DNA of 62,375 bases, filler included, from Caldilineae bacterium (GTDB taxonomy: Bacteria > Chloroflexota > Anaerolineae > DTLA01): the NCBI GenBank assembly GCA_037446815.1. It is 15 parts of 15 records of this genome, joined end to end, with 100 filler letters (N's around TTAATTAATTAA, not from the genome) between each part and the next. Parts side by side here need not be neighbours in the genome. Positions count along the whole stretch, not along the records: positions 18,094 to 22,308 come from JBBIHX010000212.1; positions 22,409 to 26,605 come from JBBIHX010000213.1; positions 26,706 to 30,736 come from JBBIHX010000214.1; 12 more parts are not named here. One strand, written 5' to 3'. This document shows positions 18,217 through 29,900 of the stretch, one piece after another (position 1 is the first letter of the stretch; each line of letters begins with the position of its first letter). The notes beneath the pieces are model-generated. The model saw only the letters and a program-made list of their open reading frames with translations. It did no database searches and was not told the DNA's origin. Both the position numbers and the translations under genes were made by a program.

Positions 18217-20751
18217 CTACGCGCCGGCGGGCCCGCGCAACTGCGCCCCCAGCACGGCCGCAAGGCGCTGCACAATCTTGTTGTGCACCTTGGCCGCCTC
18301 GGCGTCGGTCAGCGTCTTCTCGTCGGACTGGTAGGTCAGCGAGTAGGCTAGGCTGCGCTTGCCAGCGGGGATGGACGGCCCCTGGTACACGTCAAACAGC
18401 ACGACGCTGCGCAGGAGTTTGCCGCCCGTCTCGCGGATGACGCGCTCCACCTCGGCGGCGGGAATCGCCTCGTCCACGACGACGGCGATGTCCTGCACCA
18501 CCGCGGGATAGCGCGACACCGGCTGGAACCTCACCGCGGCGGCCACATGGCCCAGCACGGCGTCTAGGTCCATCTCCAGCAGGCACACGCGCTGCTCCGG
18601 CAGTTCCCAGGCAAGGCGCAGGGCCGGGTTCAGTTCGCCGAAGATGCCGACGCGCTTGCCCCCGACGAGCAGGTTGGCGCAGCGGCCCGGGTGGAACGTG
18701 GGATGCGCGGCCGCCTCCACCCGCCAGTCGCCGATGCCCAGGCCCCCCATGAGCGCCTCCACCACGCCCTTGAGGTCAAAGAAGTCCTGATGCTCCGCTT
18801 CGGGCGAGAGCCAGGAGCGTTCGGCGCGGGGGCCGGTCATCACGATGCCCAGATGCGTTACCTCGGCGGGCAGGCCCTTGTCGTCCATGGGCAGGTACAC
18901 GCGCGCCACCTCAAACAGGTTCACGCGCTCGGTGAAGCGCAGGTTCGCCGCCGTTACCGCCAGCAGGCTGGCGAGGAGCGTCGTGCGCATGGTCGTGCGT
19001 TCGGGCGTCATGGGATTGGCCAGGCGGATGCAGGCGTCGGCGGCGAGGATGCAGGGCAGCATCTCGCGCAGGTGCGGCCCAGGCTCCACGGCGCGCACGG
19101 ACGCATCGCCCCTGGACGCGGGCGGGAGAAGGCGGTCCTGATCCTCCGCGCCCACGAAGGAGTAGGTGAGGGCCTCGTACAGCCCGCACCCGACGAGGGC
19201 GCTCCGCACCCTGCGCGCCAGTTCCAGCGGCGGGTTGTTGCGCTGGGGCGGGAGTTCGTCGCGCAGGCGGGTTGTCGGAATGCGGTCGTAGCCCACCATG
19301 CGGGCGATTTCCTCCAGCAAATCCGCCTCTATCTCCACGTCTAAGCGGTGGAGTGGCACTTTCACGTCCAGCCCGTCCGGCGCGGGCGCGCACTCAAACT
19401 CCAGGCGCTCCAGCGTGGCCTTGACCTCGTCGGCGCTCATCTCCACGCCCAGGACGCGACCCACCTGCGCCGGGCGCAGGCGAATCGTTCGCTGCTTCTG
19501 CGGGACGGGGTAATTGTCGGCGAGGCCCTTCGCCACCACGCCGCCGGCCAGCGCCCGCATCAGTTCGGCGGCGCGAGTGGCCGCAGGCTCGGTCCGCGAC
19601 GCGGGGATGCCGCGGCTGAAGCGAATGGACGCCTCGCTGATGAGTTTCAGCGCCTGGGATGTGCGGCGGTTGTTGATGGCGTGGAAGTTGGCCGACTCAA
19701 TGAGGACGTTGCGCGTCTGCTCGGTAACTTCGCTCTCCAGGCCGCCCATGACGCCTGCGATGGCCACGGGGCCGCCACCGTCGGTGATGAGCAGCATTTC
19801 GGGCGTCAGGTCGCGATCCACGCCGTCCAGCGTGGTCATGCGCTCGCCGGGCTTGGCCCTGCGGACGATGATGGCGGGCGGGCCGCCGGCGCGCCTGGGC
19901 CGCAGCAGGTCGTAGTCAAAGGCGTGGAGCGGCTGCCCCCATTCCAACATGACGTAATTGGTAACATCCACGATGTTGTTGATGGGGCGCATCCCGGCCA
20001 GGGTGAGGCGGCGCTGCATCCACTTGGGCGACGGCCCAACCTTGACGTCGCGCACCAGCATGGCCGAGTAGCGATTGCACAGGTCGGGGTCCTCAATCAG
20101 GATCTCAATCTGGCCGTCAATGGGCGCGCCTTCGGCTAGAGCCGTCGGGGCAGGGACCCGCGCCCGCTGGCCGGTGAGCGCCGCCACTTCGCGCGCCACG
20201 CCGATGACCGACAGGCACCGCGCCAGGTTGGGCGTTAGGTCAATGTCCAGCACCACGTCGCCCAGGTAGTCGGCCAAGGGCACGCCCACGGGCGCGTCGT
20301 CCTCCAGCAGGATGATGCCCTCGTGATCGTCGGAGATGCCCAGTTCCTTCTCGGAGCAGACCATGCCTTCGCTGGGCACGCCGCGAATCTTGGACGGCTT
20401 CAGCGTCATGTACCGCTTTTCCTCGGAGTAGCCGTCTATCAGGCGCGCGCCGACGGTGGCGAAGGCCACCTTGTGCCCCTTCTCGCCCACGCGGATGTTG
20501 GGCGCGCCGGTTACCACGGTCATGGGCGCGCCGCGCCCGTAGTTCACCACGGCCAGCACCAGACGGTCGGCGTTGGGGTGGGGCTTGACCTCCAGGATTT
20601 CGCCCACGAAGATCTTGTCGCGGTCCCACTCGGCCCCGATGCGCTCAATGGCCGCGACTTCCAGCCCGGCCAGGGTCAGGCGCTCGGCCAGTTCTTCCAC
20701 CGGCAGTGTGATGTCCACATATTCTTTGAGCCAACTTAGCGGTACTCTCAT
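18217..20751 (-). CDS. pheT: phenylalanine--tRNA ligase beta subunit
   Basis: MRVPLSWLKEYV, HPNADRL, RPINNIVDVTNYVMLEWGQPLHAFD, FDX-ACB C-terminus. Confidence 0.97.
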   Translation of the reverse strand: MRVPLSWLKEYVDITLPVEELAERLTLAGLEVAAIERIGAEWDRDKIFVGEILEVKPHPNADRLVLAVVNYGRGAPMTVVTGAPNIRVGEKGHKVAFATVGARLIDGYSEEKRYMTLKPSKIRGVPSEGMVCSEKELGISDDHEGIILLEDDAPVGVPLADYLGDVVLDIDLTPNLARCLSVIGVAREVAALTGQRARVPAPTALAEGAPIDGQIEILIEDPDLCNRYSAMLVRDVKVGPSPKWMQRRLTLAGMRPINNIVDVTNYVMLEWGQPLHAFDYDLLRPRRAGGPPAIIVRRAKPGERMTTLDGVDRDLTPEMLLITDGGGPVAIAGVMGGLESEVTEQTRNVLIESANFHAINNRRTSQALKLISEASIRFSRGIPASRTEPAATRAAELMRALAGGVVAKGLADNYPVPQKQRTIRLRPAQVGRVLGVEMSADEVKATLERLEFECAPAPDGLDVKVPLHRLDVEIEADLLEEIARMVGYDRIPTTRLRDELPPQRNNPPLELARRVRSALVGCGLYEALTYSFVGAEDQDRLLPPASRGDASVRAVEPGPHLREMLPCILAADACIRLANPMTPERTTMRTTLLASLLAVTAANLRFTERVNLFEVARVYLPMDDKGLPAEVTHLGIVMTGPRAERSWLSPEAEHQDFFDLKGVVEALMGGLGIGDWRVEAAAHPTFHPGRCANLLVGGKRVGIFGELNPALRLAWELPEQRVCLLEMDLDAVLGHVAAAVRFQPVSRYPAVVQDIAVVVDEAIPAAEVERVIRETGGKLLRSVVLFDVYQGPSIPAGKRSLAYSLTYQSDEKTLTDAEAAKVHNKIVQRLAAVLGAQLRGPAGA

Positions 20752-20787
20752 GGTATCGTCTCCCTCTTATCAGCGTTCAGCCGCGGC

Positions 20788-21813
20788 CTAGAACTGCGCC
20801 AGGAAGCGCAAGTCGTCGCTGTAGAAGTAGCGGATGTCGTCAATGCCGTAGCGGAGCATGGTGATGCGGTCCGGCCCCATGCCGAAGGCGAAGCCAGTGA
20901 ACTCCTCGGGGTCGTAGCCGCCGTTGCGAAGCACCTGGGGGTGCACCATGCCCGCGCCGGCGATCTCCACCCAGCCGGTGTGTTTGCAGACGCGGCAACC
21001 CGCGCCGTCGCACAGCGCGCAACTCACATCCACCTCCATGCTTGGCTCGGTGAACGGGAAGTAACTGCACCGGAAACGCACCTGCCGATGCTCCCCGTAG
21101 AGCCGCCGCGCGAAATCGGTGAGGACGCCCTTCAGGTCGGCCATGGTGATGTTGCGGCCCACCGCCAGCCCCTCCACCTGGTGGAACATGGATTCGGAGC
21201 GCGCCGTAACGGCCTCGTAGCGGTACACGCGCCCGGGCAGGATGACGCGAATCGGCTCCGGGCAGAACTGGCGCATGGCGCGAATCTGGCCGGGCGACGT
21301 GTGGGTGCGCAGCAGGATGCCCTCGCGCGTGGTGTAGAACGTGCTCCACATGTCGCGGGCCGGATGGTCGGGCGGCAGGTTCAGCATTTGGAAGTTGAGT
21401 TCGTCGGTCTCCACCTCCGGCGCGTCGTACACCTGGAACCCCATCTCACCGAAGATGGCGTAGATTTCATAGAGGATCTGCGTGATGGGGTGCAGGCGGC
21501 CCACCGTGGCCGGGCGACCGGGCAGGGTAATGTCTACCCGCTCGGCGCGGGCGGCGCGCTCCTGCTCCAACGCCAAGACGCGCTGCCGCGCCTCTTCCAG
21601 CGCCGCCTCCAGCCCCAGGCGCAGTTCGTGGGCGGCCTTGCCCACCACGGGCCGGTCCTCGGGCGAGAGTTGGCCGATGCCCTTCAGCGTCGTGGTGATG
21701 AAACTCTTCTTGCCCAGGTACTCGGTGCGCCAGGCGTCCAGCGTGGCCAGGCTGTCCACGCCGGCCAATTCCGCCAGCGCACGCTCTCGGATGTCGTGCA
21801 GTTGTTGTAGCAT
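20788..21813 (-). CDS. pheS: phenylalanine--tRNA ligase alpha subunit
   Basis: HPARDM, LLRTHTSPGQ, FHQVEG, YFPFTEPS, GFAFGMG; ATG 21813 after GGAGGAG. Confidence 0.97.
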   Translation of the reverse strand: MLQQLHDIRERALAELAGVDSLATLDAWRTEYLGKKSFITTTLKGIGQLSPEDRPVVGKAAHELRLGLEAALEEARQRVLALEQERAARAERVDITLPGRPATVGRLHPITQILYEIYAIFGEMGFQVYDAPEVETDELNFQMLNLPPDHPARDMWSTFYTTREGILLRTHTSPGQIRAMRQFCPEPIRVILPGRVYRYEAVTARSESMFHQVEGLAVGRNITMADLKGVLTDFARRLYGEHRQVRFRCSYFPFTEPSMEVDVSCALCDGAGCRVCKHTGWVEIAGAGMVHPQVLRNGGYDPEEFTGFAFGMGPDRITMLRYGIDDIRYFYSDDLRFLAQF

Positions 21814-21849
21814 ATCCCTCTCCTCCACCATGTGATGGGCTCGGTGCTG

Positions 21850-22138
21850 CAAAAAGAAAAGCCGCCGTCCCTCAGGGACGAAGCGGCTACATCGCACTCC
21901 GCGGTACCACCCTGCTTGGCTTCATTTGACGTGAAGCCCTCTCACCACCAGCGGCCCATGGGGCTTACTGGCTGCCCGATAACGGCGGGCGTCCGGAGCG
22001 GACTACTGGCCGGTTGTCGGCGTTCACCCGTCGGCTCAGGAGCGAACTTCAACGGCGCTGACCCGAGGATGGCTTCCAGTCGTTGGCCATCCATCCCTGG
22101 CGGGCTACCTGCCGCCTACTCCTCTCCGTCATAGCCTT
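21850..22138 (-). promoter_or_regulatory. T-box riboswitch (Phe) with intrinsic terminator
   Basis: AGTA motif, specifier loop GAAG-TTC (22046-22044), T-box AAGCAGGGTGGTACCGCGG, terminator CGTCCCTGAGGGACG plus T-run. Confidence 0.92.
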
Positions 22139-22207
22139 TGTGGACGTATCGGATTGTTGGGCCTATTATCCACGGAATTGGGCCGTTGTCAAACCACGGC
22201 GCGGAGG

Positions 22208-22308
22208 GATTCGGTTTCATGTTGTGTTGGTCTGTGCGGCGCACCGCCTCCCCGCCCTGTCATGCTGAGCCGAAGGCGAAGCATCTCGGTCAGCGAGATT
22301 CTTCGCGG
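22208..22308. mobile_element. MITE terminus followed by REP-like hairpins, partial
   Basis: GATTCGGTTTCA-TGTTG-TGTTGG at 22208-22230. Confidence 0.65.
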
Positions 22309-22408
22309 NNNNNNNNNNNNNNNNNNNNNNNNNNNNNNNNNNNNNNNNNNNNTTAATTAATTAANNNNNNNNNNNNNNNNNNNNNNNNNNNNNNNNNNNN
22401 NNNNNNNN

Positions 22409-22515
22409 GCGACGCACCTCCGAGGTGCGTCGCACGTTGGCTCCAAAGAGGCCCACGGCGGCGGCCGCTCCACGCCCTCGCAATGACAGCCGCCAATAGG
22501 CCCTGGAACCGAATG
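22409..22515. mobile_element. palindromic repeat plus MITE terminus
   Basis: GCGACGCACCTCCGAGGTGCGTCGC; GCCCTCGCAATGACAGCCG-CCAATA-GGCCC-TGGAACCGAAT. Confidence 0.6.
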
Positions 22516-22577
22516 CGCCACAGCCGCCACTTGCGGGGCGCTTGGGTTTGTGGTACAGTGTGCGCGGAGGGCTGGTC

Positions 22578-23282
22578 ATGCAGGTTCCCGCTGTGGACTT
22601 CGTCGCATACACCCCGCAGCGAGCCGCGGAGGAGCAGCGGCAACTGGCAAGCAAAGTCGCGCTGTGCCCGTTCCCGCGCCCGCCGGCAACGGTCGGCGGG
22701 CTGGATGTGGGCATCCGCAACGGCATCGCATGCGCGGCCATTGTGGTGCTCTCGTATCCGGACCTGCGCGTGCGGGCGTGGAGCGTGGCCCGCGCGCCGG
22801 TGTCCTTCCCCTACATTCCCGGGCTGCTGGCGTACCGCGAGATTCCGGTGGCGCTGGACGCGCTGCGCAATCTGCATGTCGCCCCCGATGTCATCGTCTG
22901 CGACGGCCAGGGCATCGCCCACCCGCGCCGCATGGGAATCGCGGCCCACCTGGGCGTTCTGTTGGATCATCCCACCGTTGGCTGCGCCAAGTCGCGGCTG
23001 TGGGGGGTGCACGGCCCTGTCGGCGAGGCCCGCGGCGCATGGGAGCCACTGGAGGACGGCGGCGAGATCATCGGCGCGGTGGTGCGGACGCGCACGGGCG
23101 TGAAGCCTGTCTATGTTTCGCCCGGGCATCGCGCGGACCTGGACTGTGCCATCCGACTGGTCCTGGCATGCGCCCCGCGCTACCGCCTGCCCGAACCCAC
23201 GCGGCTTGCGCATCTGCTGGCCGCGGTGGGCGAAGAGGAGTTCGCCGCCTGGGTCAAGCGAAAGGAGAGGGAACACGGATGA
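22578..23282 (+). CDS. nfi: endonuclease V (deoxyinosine 3' endonuclease)
   Basis: GGLDV, FPYIPGLLAYRE, DGQGIAHPRRMGIAAHLG, GCAKSRL, VSPGH, YRLPEPTR. Confidence 0.95.
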   Translation: MQVPAVDFVAYTPQRAAEEQRQLASKVALCPFPRPPATVGGLDVGIRNGIACAAIVVLSYPDLRVRAWSVARAPVSFPYIPGLLAYREIPVALDALRNLHVAPDVIVCDGQGIAHPRRMGIAAHLGVLLDHPTVGCAKSRLWGVHGPVGEARGAWEPLEDGGEIIGAVVRTRTGVKPVYVSPGHRADLDCAIRLVLACAPRYRLPEPTRLAHLLAAVGEEEFAAWVKRKEREHG

Positions 23283-24037
23283 CGGATTCCGCCGAGTTCA
23301 TCCAGAAGGCTGCCGACATCCTGCGGGCCGCCAGGCACGCGATCGCGCTGACCGGCGCGGGCCACAGCACGCCGTCGGGCATCCCGGACTTCCGCAGCCC
23401 CGAGAGCGGCCTGTGGGAGAAGTACGACCCGATGGTGGTCGCGTCCATCCAATCGTTCCGCGCCAACCCGCGATTGTTCTACGACTGGATTCGCCCGCTG
23501 GCCCGCCAGACCGCCGAGGCCAAGCCGAACCCGGCCCACTACGCCCTGGCGCGGCTGGAGGCCCAGGGGATTCTGAAAGCGGTCATCACGCAGAACATAG
23601 ACGACCTGCACACGAAGGCCGGCTCGCGGCGGGTGCTAGAACTTCACGGCAACCTGCGGACGGCAACGTGCATCCGTTGCGGGAAGAAGGTGGCGTCGGA
23701 ACCCATCGTGCGCCGATTCCTGGAGGAAGATTGGCTGCCGACGTGCGACTGCGGCGGGGCCATCAAGCCGGATGTGGTGCTGTTCGGCGAGATGCTGCCG
23801 GTGGACGTCTTCATGGCGGCCGACGCGGAAGCCCGCGCCTGCGATGTGATGCTGGTGGCGGGCAGTTCGCTGGAGGTGTACCCTGCGGCGGACTTGCCGT
23901 TCGTGGCCCGGCAGCACGGCGCGCGGCTTATCATCGTGAACCTGCAACCCACGCCCGCGGACTCGCTGGCCGACGTGGTGATTCACGACAACGTGGCCGT
24001 GGCGCTGCCGCGAATCGCCGACTTGTGCGCGGCATGA
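23279..24037 (+). CDS. cobB: NAD-dependent protein deacylase (sirtuin)
   Basis: TGAGHSTPSGIPDFRS, ITQNIDDLH, ELHG, CxxC/CxC Zn site, KPDVVLFGE, GSSLEVYPAA. Confidence 0.92.
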   Translation: MTDSAEFIQKAADILRAARHAIALTGAGHSTPSGIPDFRSPESGLWEKYDPMVVASIQSFRANPRLFYDWIRPLARQTAEAKPNPAHYALARLEAQGILKAVITQNIDDLHTKAGSRRVLELHGNLRTATCIRCGKKVASEPIVRRFLEEDWLPTCDCGGAIKPDVVLFGEMLPVDVFMAADAEARACDVMLVAGSSLEVYPAADLPFVARQHGARLIIVNLQPTPADSLADVVIHDNVAVALPRIADLCAA

Positions 24038-24130
24038 ACGTGGAGTTCACCGCGGCGACGCAGAGGGCTGTTCGTTCTCGCTGCGCCCTCTGCCTGTCCG
24101 CGGTGCGATGCTGCTTATTGAGAGGATGAT

Positions 24131-25255
24131 ATGGAACTGCACGAATATCGGAGCCTGTTCCCATCGGTAGCGAATCACGTGTACCTCAACCACGCGGCGT
24201 GCTCGCCGTTGCCCACACCGAGCATCCAGGCCACGCAGGCGCTGCTGGAGGAGCAGCACCTGTACGGCTGCCGGTATTCTCACGGCTGGATGGGGCTGGT
24301 GGACAAGATTCGCCAGACGGCGGCGCGGTTCATCGGCGCGTCGCCCGACGAGGTTGCCCTAACGCGCAACACGAGCCACGGGCTGCTCCTGGTGGCCAAT
24401 GGCCTGCCGTGGCGCGCCGGCGACAACCTCATCGTGCCGCAGGGGGAGTTCACGGCCAACGTGTACCCCTGGCTCACCCTGCGGAGCCGAGGCGTGGAAG
24501 TGCGCTTCGCGCCAACGCGGAACAACCGCATCCTGCCGGAGGACATTGAGGCGCTCGTGGACGCGCACACCCGCCTGGTTGCCATCAGCGCGGTGCAGTT
24601 CGGGAGCGGGTTTCGCTGCGATCTGCACGCCATTGGGGCCCTATGCCGGGAGCGGGGCGTCCTGCTGTGCGTGGATGGAATCCAGGCGTTGGGGCAGATG
24701 CCGTTCAACGTGAACGACCCACAGGTGGATTTTCTGGCGGCTGGCGGGCCGAAGTGGCTCATGGCGCCGCTGGGGACGGGGATTTTCTACTGCCGCAAGG
24801 GGCTGATTGAGCAATTGGCGCCGGTGTTCATGGGATGGCGCAGCACGGTGGATTCGGAGAACTACTACGACTACAACATGCCGTGGCATCCGGCCGCGAG
24901 GCGGTTTGAGGAGGCGACGCTGAACATCCCTGGGCTGCTGGGGTTGCAGGCGAGTATGGAACTGCTGATGGAAGTGGGGCTGGAGCGGATTCGGGCGCAC
25001 CTACTGGGGTTGACGGAGCGGCTGGCCGAGGGGTTGCGGGCGCGGGGATACGTCATCACGACGCCGATGGAGTCTGCCGCCGAGCGGTCGGGCATCGTGT
25101 GCTTCAAGCATCCGGCGAAGCCGGCGGGGGCGATCCACGAGCGGCTGGCGACGGCGAACGTCATCGTGTCGCTGCGCGGGGATGTCATCCGCGTCTCGCC
25201 GCATTTCTACAACACGGCGGAAGAGGTTGCGGCGCTGGTGGAGGCGCTGGAGTAG
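24131..25255 (+). CDS. class V PLP aminotransferase / cysteine desulfurase-like
   Basis: YLNHAA, VDGIQALG, AGGPKWL, IRVSPHFYNT. Confidence 0.88.
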   Translation: MELHEYRSLFPSVANHVYLNHAACSPLPTPSIQATQALLEEQHLYGCRYSHGWMGLVDKIRQTAARFIGASPDEVALTRNTSHGLLLVANGLPWRAGDNLIVPQGEFTANVYPWLTLRSRGVEVRFAPTRNNRILPEDIEALVDAHTRLVAISAVQFGSGFRCDLHAIGALCRERGVLLCVDGIQALGQMPFNVNDPQVDFLAAGGPKWLMAPLGTGIFYCRKGLIEQLAPVFMGWRSTVDSENYYDYNMPWHPAARRFEEATLNIPGLLGLQASMELLMEVGLERIRAHLLGLTERLAEGLRARGYVITTPMESAAERSGIVCFKHPAKPAGAIHERLATANVIVSLRGDVIRVSPHFYNTAEEVAALVEALE

Positions 25256-25280
25256 GGTTTGCAAAACGGCGAGGCGAAAT

Positions 25281-25606
25281 TTGACGAGGCGTGTGGGCTG
25301 TGGTATTATCCGCGCCGTTGTCGCGAGAGCCGAGCCACCTCGCAGCGGAAATTCTAAAAAAGTGCCACGACCTCTTGACAAAGTGCGGTGAGTTGTGGTA
25401 AAATAGAATTGCCGAGCGAGAGGAGAGTTCGGCCGGCTGTTTTGACAATCGTATAGTGATGAGGAGGAACGCGGGAGGCGCAAACCAACACAACGTGAAA
25501 GCCGACGGAATCGGATAGGTGTGGTGCGTCTCCGCCGATGCAGAAGCGTCGGCGGCGTTTTTCTCCGAGAGGCCGATTTGACAGCCCCAAAGGACTATGT
25601 TATAAT
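25281..25606 (+). promoter_or_regulatory. three tandem rRNA operon promoters
   Basis: TTGACG-17-TATTAT (25281-25309), TTGACA-18-TAAAAT with TG extension (25375-25404), TTGACA-17-TATAAT (25578-25606); boxA-like GCACTTTAACAA near 25632. Confidence 0.8.
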
Positions 25607-25701
25607 GACCCTCGCCCTAAAAAAGCGGGCGGCACTTTAACAACTGAAGAGTGGTAGGAAAGCAGACGGGATTGGGTCCTGTCAGATTCCTGAAAAGAGA
25701 A

Positions 25702-26605
<904 letters not shown>

Positions 26606-26705
26606 NNNNNNNNNNNNNNNNNNNNNNNNNNNNNNNNNNNNNNNNNNNNTTAATTAATTAANNNNNNNNNNNNNNNNNNNNNNNNNNNNNNNNNNNNNNN
26701 NNNNN

Positions 26706-26775
26706 TTCGCTTCGCTCGCAATGACACACGAGGAGAGTGTACATGCGGTTCACCAACACAAGATGAAACCGACTC
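26706..26775. mobile_element. MITE terminus, partial
   Basis: CCAACACAAGATGAAACCGACTC at 26753-26775, preceded by CGCTTCGCTCGCAATGAC. Confidence 0.7.
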
Positions 26776-26790
26776 ACGGTGTAGTGTGCG

Positions 26791-26819
26791 TTGACAATCT
26801 GCCCACGCGCACGTATACT
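26791..26819 (+). promoter_or_regulatory. sigma70 promoter of smc
   Basis: TTGACA-17 bp-TATACT. Confidence 0.8.
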
Positions 26820-26941
26820 TGCCCTCGTTGGGTAGGTGCCTCCTCACGCTGCGCGATGGGCTTTGATACCACAACTCCGGCTTGTCCGTCGCCCTGGTGA
26901 GCGCACGCCAACGTACCCGCATGACCTTGGCGGAGGGCAGA

Positions 26942-29900
26942 TTGCGTCTCAAGCGGCTGGAACTCCAGGGATACAAGACGTTCGCGACCAAGACCGAGTT
27001 CGTGTTCAACGACGGCATCACGGCCATCGTGGGCCCCAACGGGAGCGGCAAGAGCAACATCGCCGACGCCGTGCGCTGGGTGCTGGGCGAGCAGTCCTAT
27101 CGCCTCCTGCGCGCCAAGCGCACCGAGGACATGATTTTCCACGGGAGTTCCCAGCGCGCCCGCGTGGGCATGGCGCAGGCCAGCATCACCCTGGACAACG
27201 CCGACGGCTGGCTGCCGCTGGACTTCAGCGAGGTTACCATCTCGCGCCGCGCCTATCGCTCGGGCGAGAACGAGTACACCATCAACGGGAGCCGCGTCCG
27301 CCTGAAGGATGTAACAGAACTCCTTGCCAAGAGCGGCCTAACCAAGCGCAACTCCATCGTCATCGGGCAGGGGCACATTGACGCGGCCCTGTCGCTGCGC
27401 CCCGAAGAGCGCCGCACCCTCTTTGAGGAAGCGGCCAACATCACCCTCTACCAGTCCAAGCGCGACGCCTCCCTGGCGAAACTGGAGGCGACCGAGCAGA
27501 ACCTGGTGCGCGTGCGCGACATCCTGGCCGAGATTGAGCCGCGCCTGAAGACGCTGCGCCGTCAGGCCCAGCAGGCCGAGGCGTACCACGCCCTGAACCG
27601 CGAACTGGAGGACTTGCTGCGCGTGTGGTACGGCTACCGCTGGCGGAGGGGTAGCCAAGCCCTGCAGCAGGCGCGCGAGACCCTCAACCGGGCGCGCCAG
27701 GTCTTGAGCCAGGCTCAGGCGCGGCTAGACCGCCTGGAGACGCAGGCCGCGACCGCCCGCGCCGAGCAGAACGCCCTTCGGCAGCAACTGGCTTTGTGGC
27801 ACCGGCAGAGCGCCGACATCCATACCCGCGCCGAGGCGGCCCAGCGAGATTTGGCCGTGCGGCAGGAGCGCCTGCGTCTGGTGGGTCGGCTCCTGGCCGA
27901 GGCGCAGGAGGAGATGTCGCCGTTGGAAGCCAGCCGCACGGCTCAGGCCGAACGACTCCAGGACGCCGAGGCGCGGCTACAGGCGCTCACGGCCGAGTGG
28001 GAGCAGGCCATCGCCGCCTTGCGCCGCGTGGAGGAGGAATACCAGTCGCAGCAGCGCGCGCGGCAGGAGTTGGTGTCCCAAATCACGGCTCTGCAGAACG
28101 AACTGTTTGACATCGCCACGCAGGCCGCCGACCGCCGCAACCGCCTGGCGCAAATCGCCGAGCGGCGCAAGGAACAACTGGCCGAGAAGCAGGGGCACGA
28201 GGCGGCCATCGCTGCCCAGCGCGGCGAAGCGGAGGCCGTCCAGTCGGAGCAGCGCGCGCTTCAGCAGGCGCTGTCCGAACTGGAAGGGGAGGCGGCCGGT
28301 CTCCGCGAGAGCCTGGCGCAGGCACAGCAGGCCATCCGAGAGGCGCAGGAACGCGCCAGGCAGGCGGAGCAGGAGATGGCCCGCACGCGGGAAGAGACGG
28401 CTACCGCGCAGGCGCGGCTGGACATGCTGCGGCGGATGCAGGAGGAGGGCACGGGCCTGTACGCGGGCATCAAGGCGGTCCTCTCGGCCGCGCGGGAAGG
28501 CGGGCTGCGCGGCGTGCTGGGCGTGGTGGCCGACCAGATCCAGACGCCGCCCAAACTGGAGCGCGCCATAGAGACGGCCCTGGGCGCTCACCTGCAGGAC
28601 GTCATCACCGAGACGTGGGCCGACGCCGAGCGGGCCATCCAGTACCTGCGGCGCGAGTCGGCGGGGCGCGCCACGTTCCTGCCGTTGGAAACCCTTCGCC
28701 CGCCCGCGCCGCTCCAACCGCCCAAAGCGCCCGGGCTTGTCGGCGTGGCGTCGCATCTGGTATCGGCACCCGAGCGCCTGGCCCCCGTGCTGGAGTTGCT
28801 GTTGGGGCACACGCTGGTTGTCCGCGACATGAAGGCCGCCCGCGAGTTGTACGACCGACTGCGCGGCTCCTTCCAGATTGTAACCGTGGATGGCGAACTC
28901 ATCCGCTCCACGGGGGCGATCACCGGCGGCGTGGAGACGCGCAAGTCGGCGGGGCTCCTGTCCCGACAGCGCGAGCGCGCCGAGTTGGAGGAGCGGCTCC
29001 GCGGGCTGGCCGAACAGCGGGGCCGCCTGCAAGAGGCGCTGCGGCTCTCTGCCGAGGCGGAGCAGGCCGCGCGCGCCCGATTGGCCGAGACCGAGCGCGC
29101 CCTGGCCGCCCTCGCCGAGAAGGAGTCGCACACGCGCGCGTCCATCGCTGCGCTCCAGCGCCAAGCCGACAAGAAGGCGCAGGAAATAGAGTGGCGGCAG
29201 GCGCTTGTCCACCAACTGGAGCAGAATCTGGAGGCCCTGGCGGAGAAGGAGGCGCAGGCGCACGCAGACCTGGAGCGCCTGGCCCAGCGGGAAGGGGACG
29301 CGCAGGCTCGCCTGGCGCAACTTCAGTCATCGCTGGAGGCGATGCCCGATTCGCTGGCGGTGCCGTTGGCCGAGGCGAAGGCGGCGGTGTCGCTGGCCGA
29401 GCAGAATGTGGAGAACCACAAGGCCATCCTGCGCGGGCATCGGCAATCGCTGGCCCAGTTGGACGCGCAGTTGGAGAACCGCCGCGGGAGGATGGCGGCG
29501 CTTGAGACGGAGCGCGCCGAACTGGAAGCCGCCGAGCGCGAGTTGCGAACCCGCTCCGAGGCACTGGCCGCCGAGTTGGAGGCGCTGGCGGCGCAAATTC
29601 GGCCTGCCGAGGCGCGCCTCGCCGAGATGGAATCCGCGCAGGCCGAACTGGAGACGCGCATCCAGCAGGAACGCGCGGCCCTGCGCGATGCCGAGCAGGC
29701 GCACAACCACGCGCTCTTGGAGATGGAACGCCGCCGCGACGACTTGGCTGCCCTCAAGCGCCAGATGGAGAGCGACCTGGGGCTTATTGATGTGGACGTT
29801 GCGGAGGGGTTGCCCACGCAACCGCCGCTGCCGCTCCGCCCCATCGTGAGTTCGCTGCCCCAGGTGGACGCCCTGCCCGAGGGGTTGGAGGAGCAGATTC

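Noticed and set aside
22550..24037. 495-aa extended sirtuin or Nfi-sirtuin fusion
   Set aside because: The genes are in different frames with an ATGA overlap at 23279-23282; they are two separate genes.
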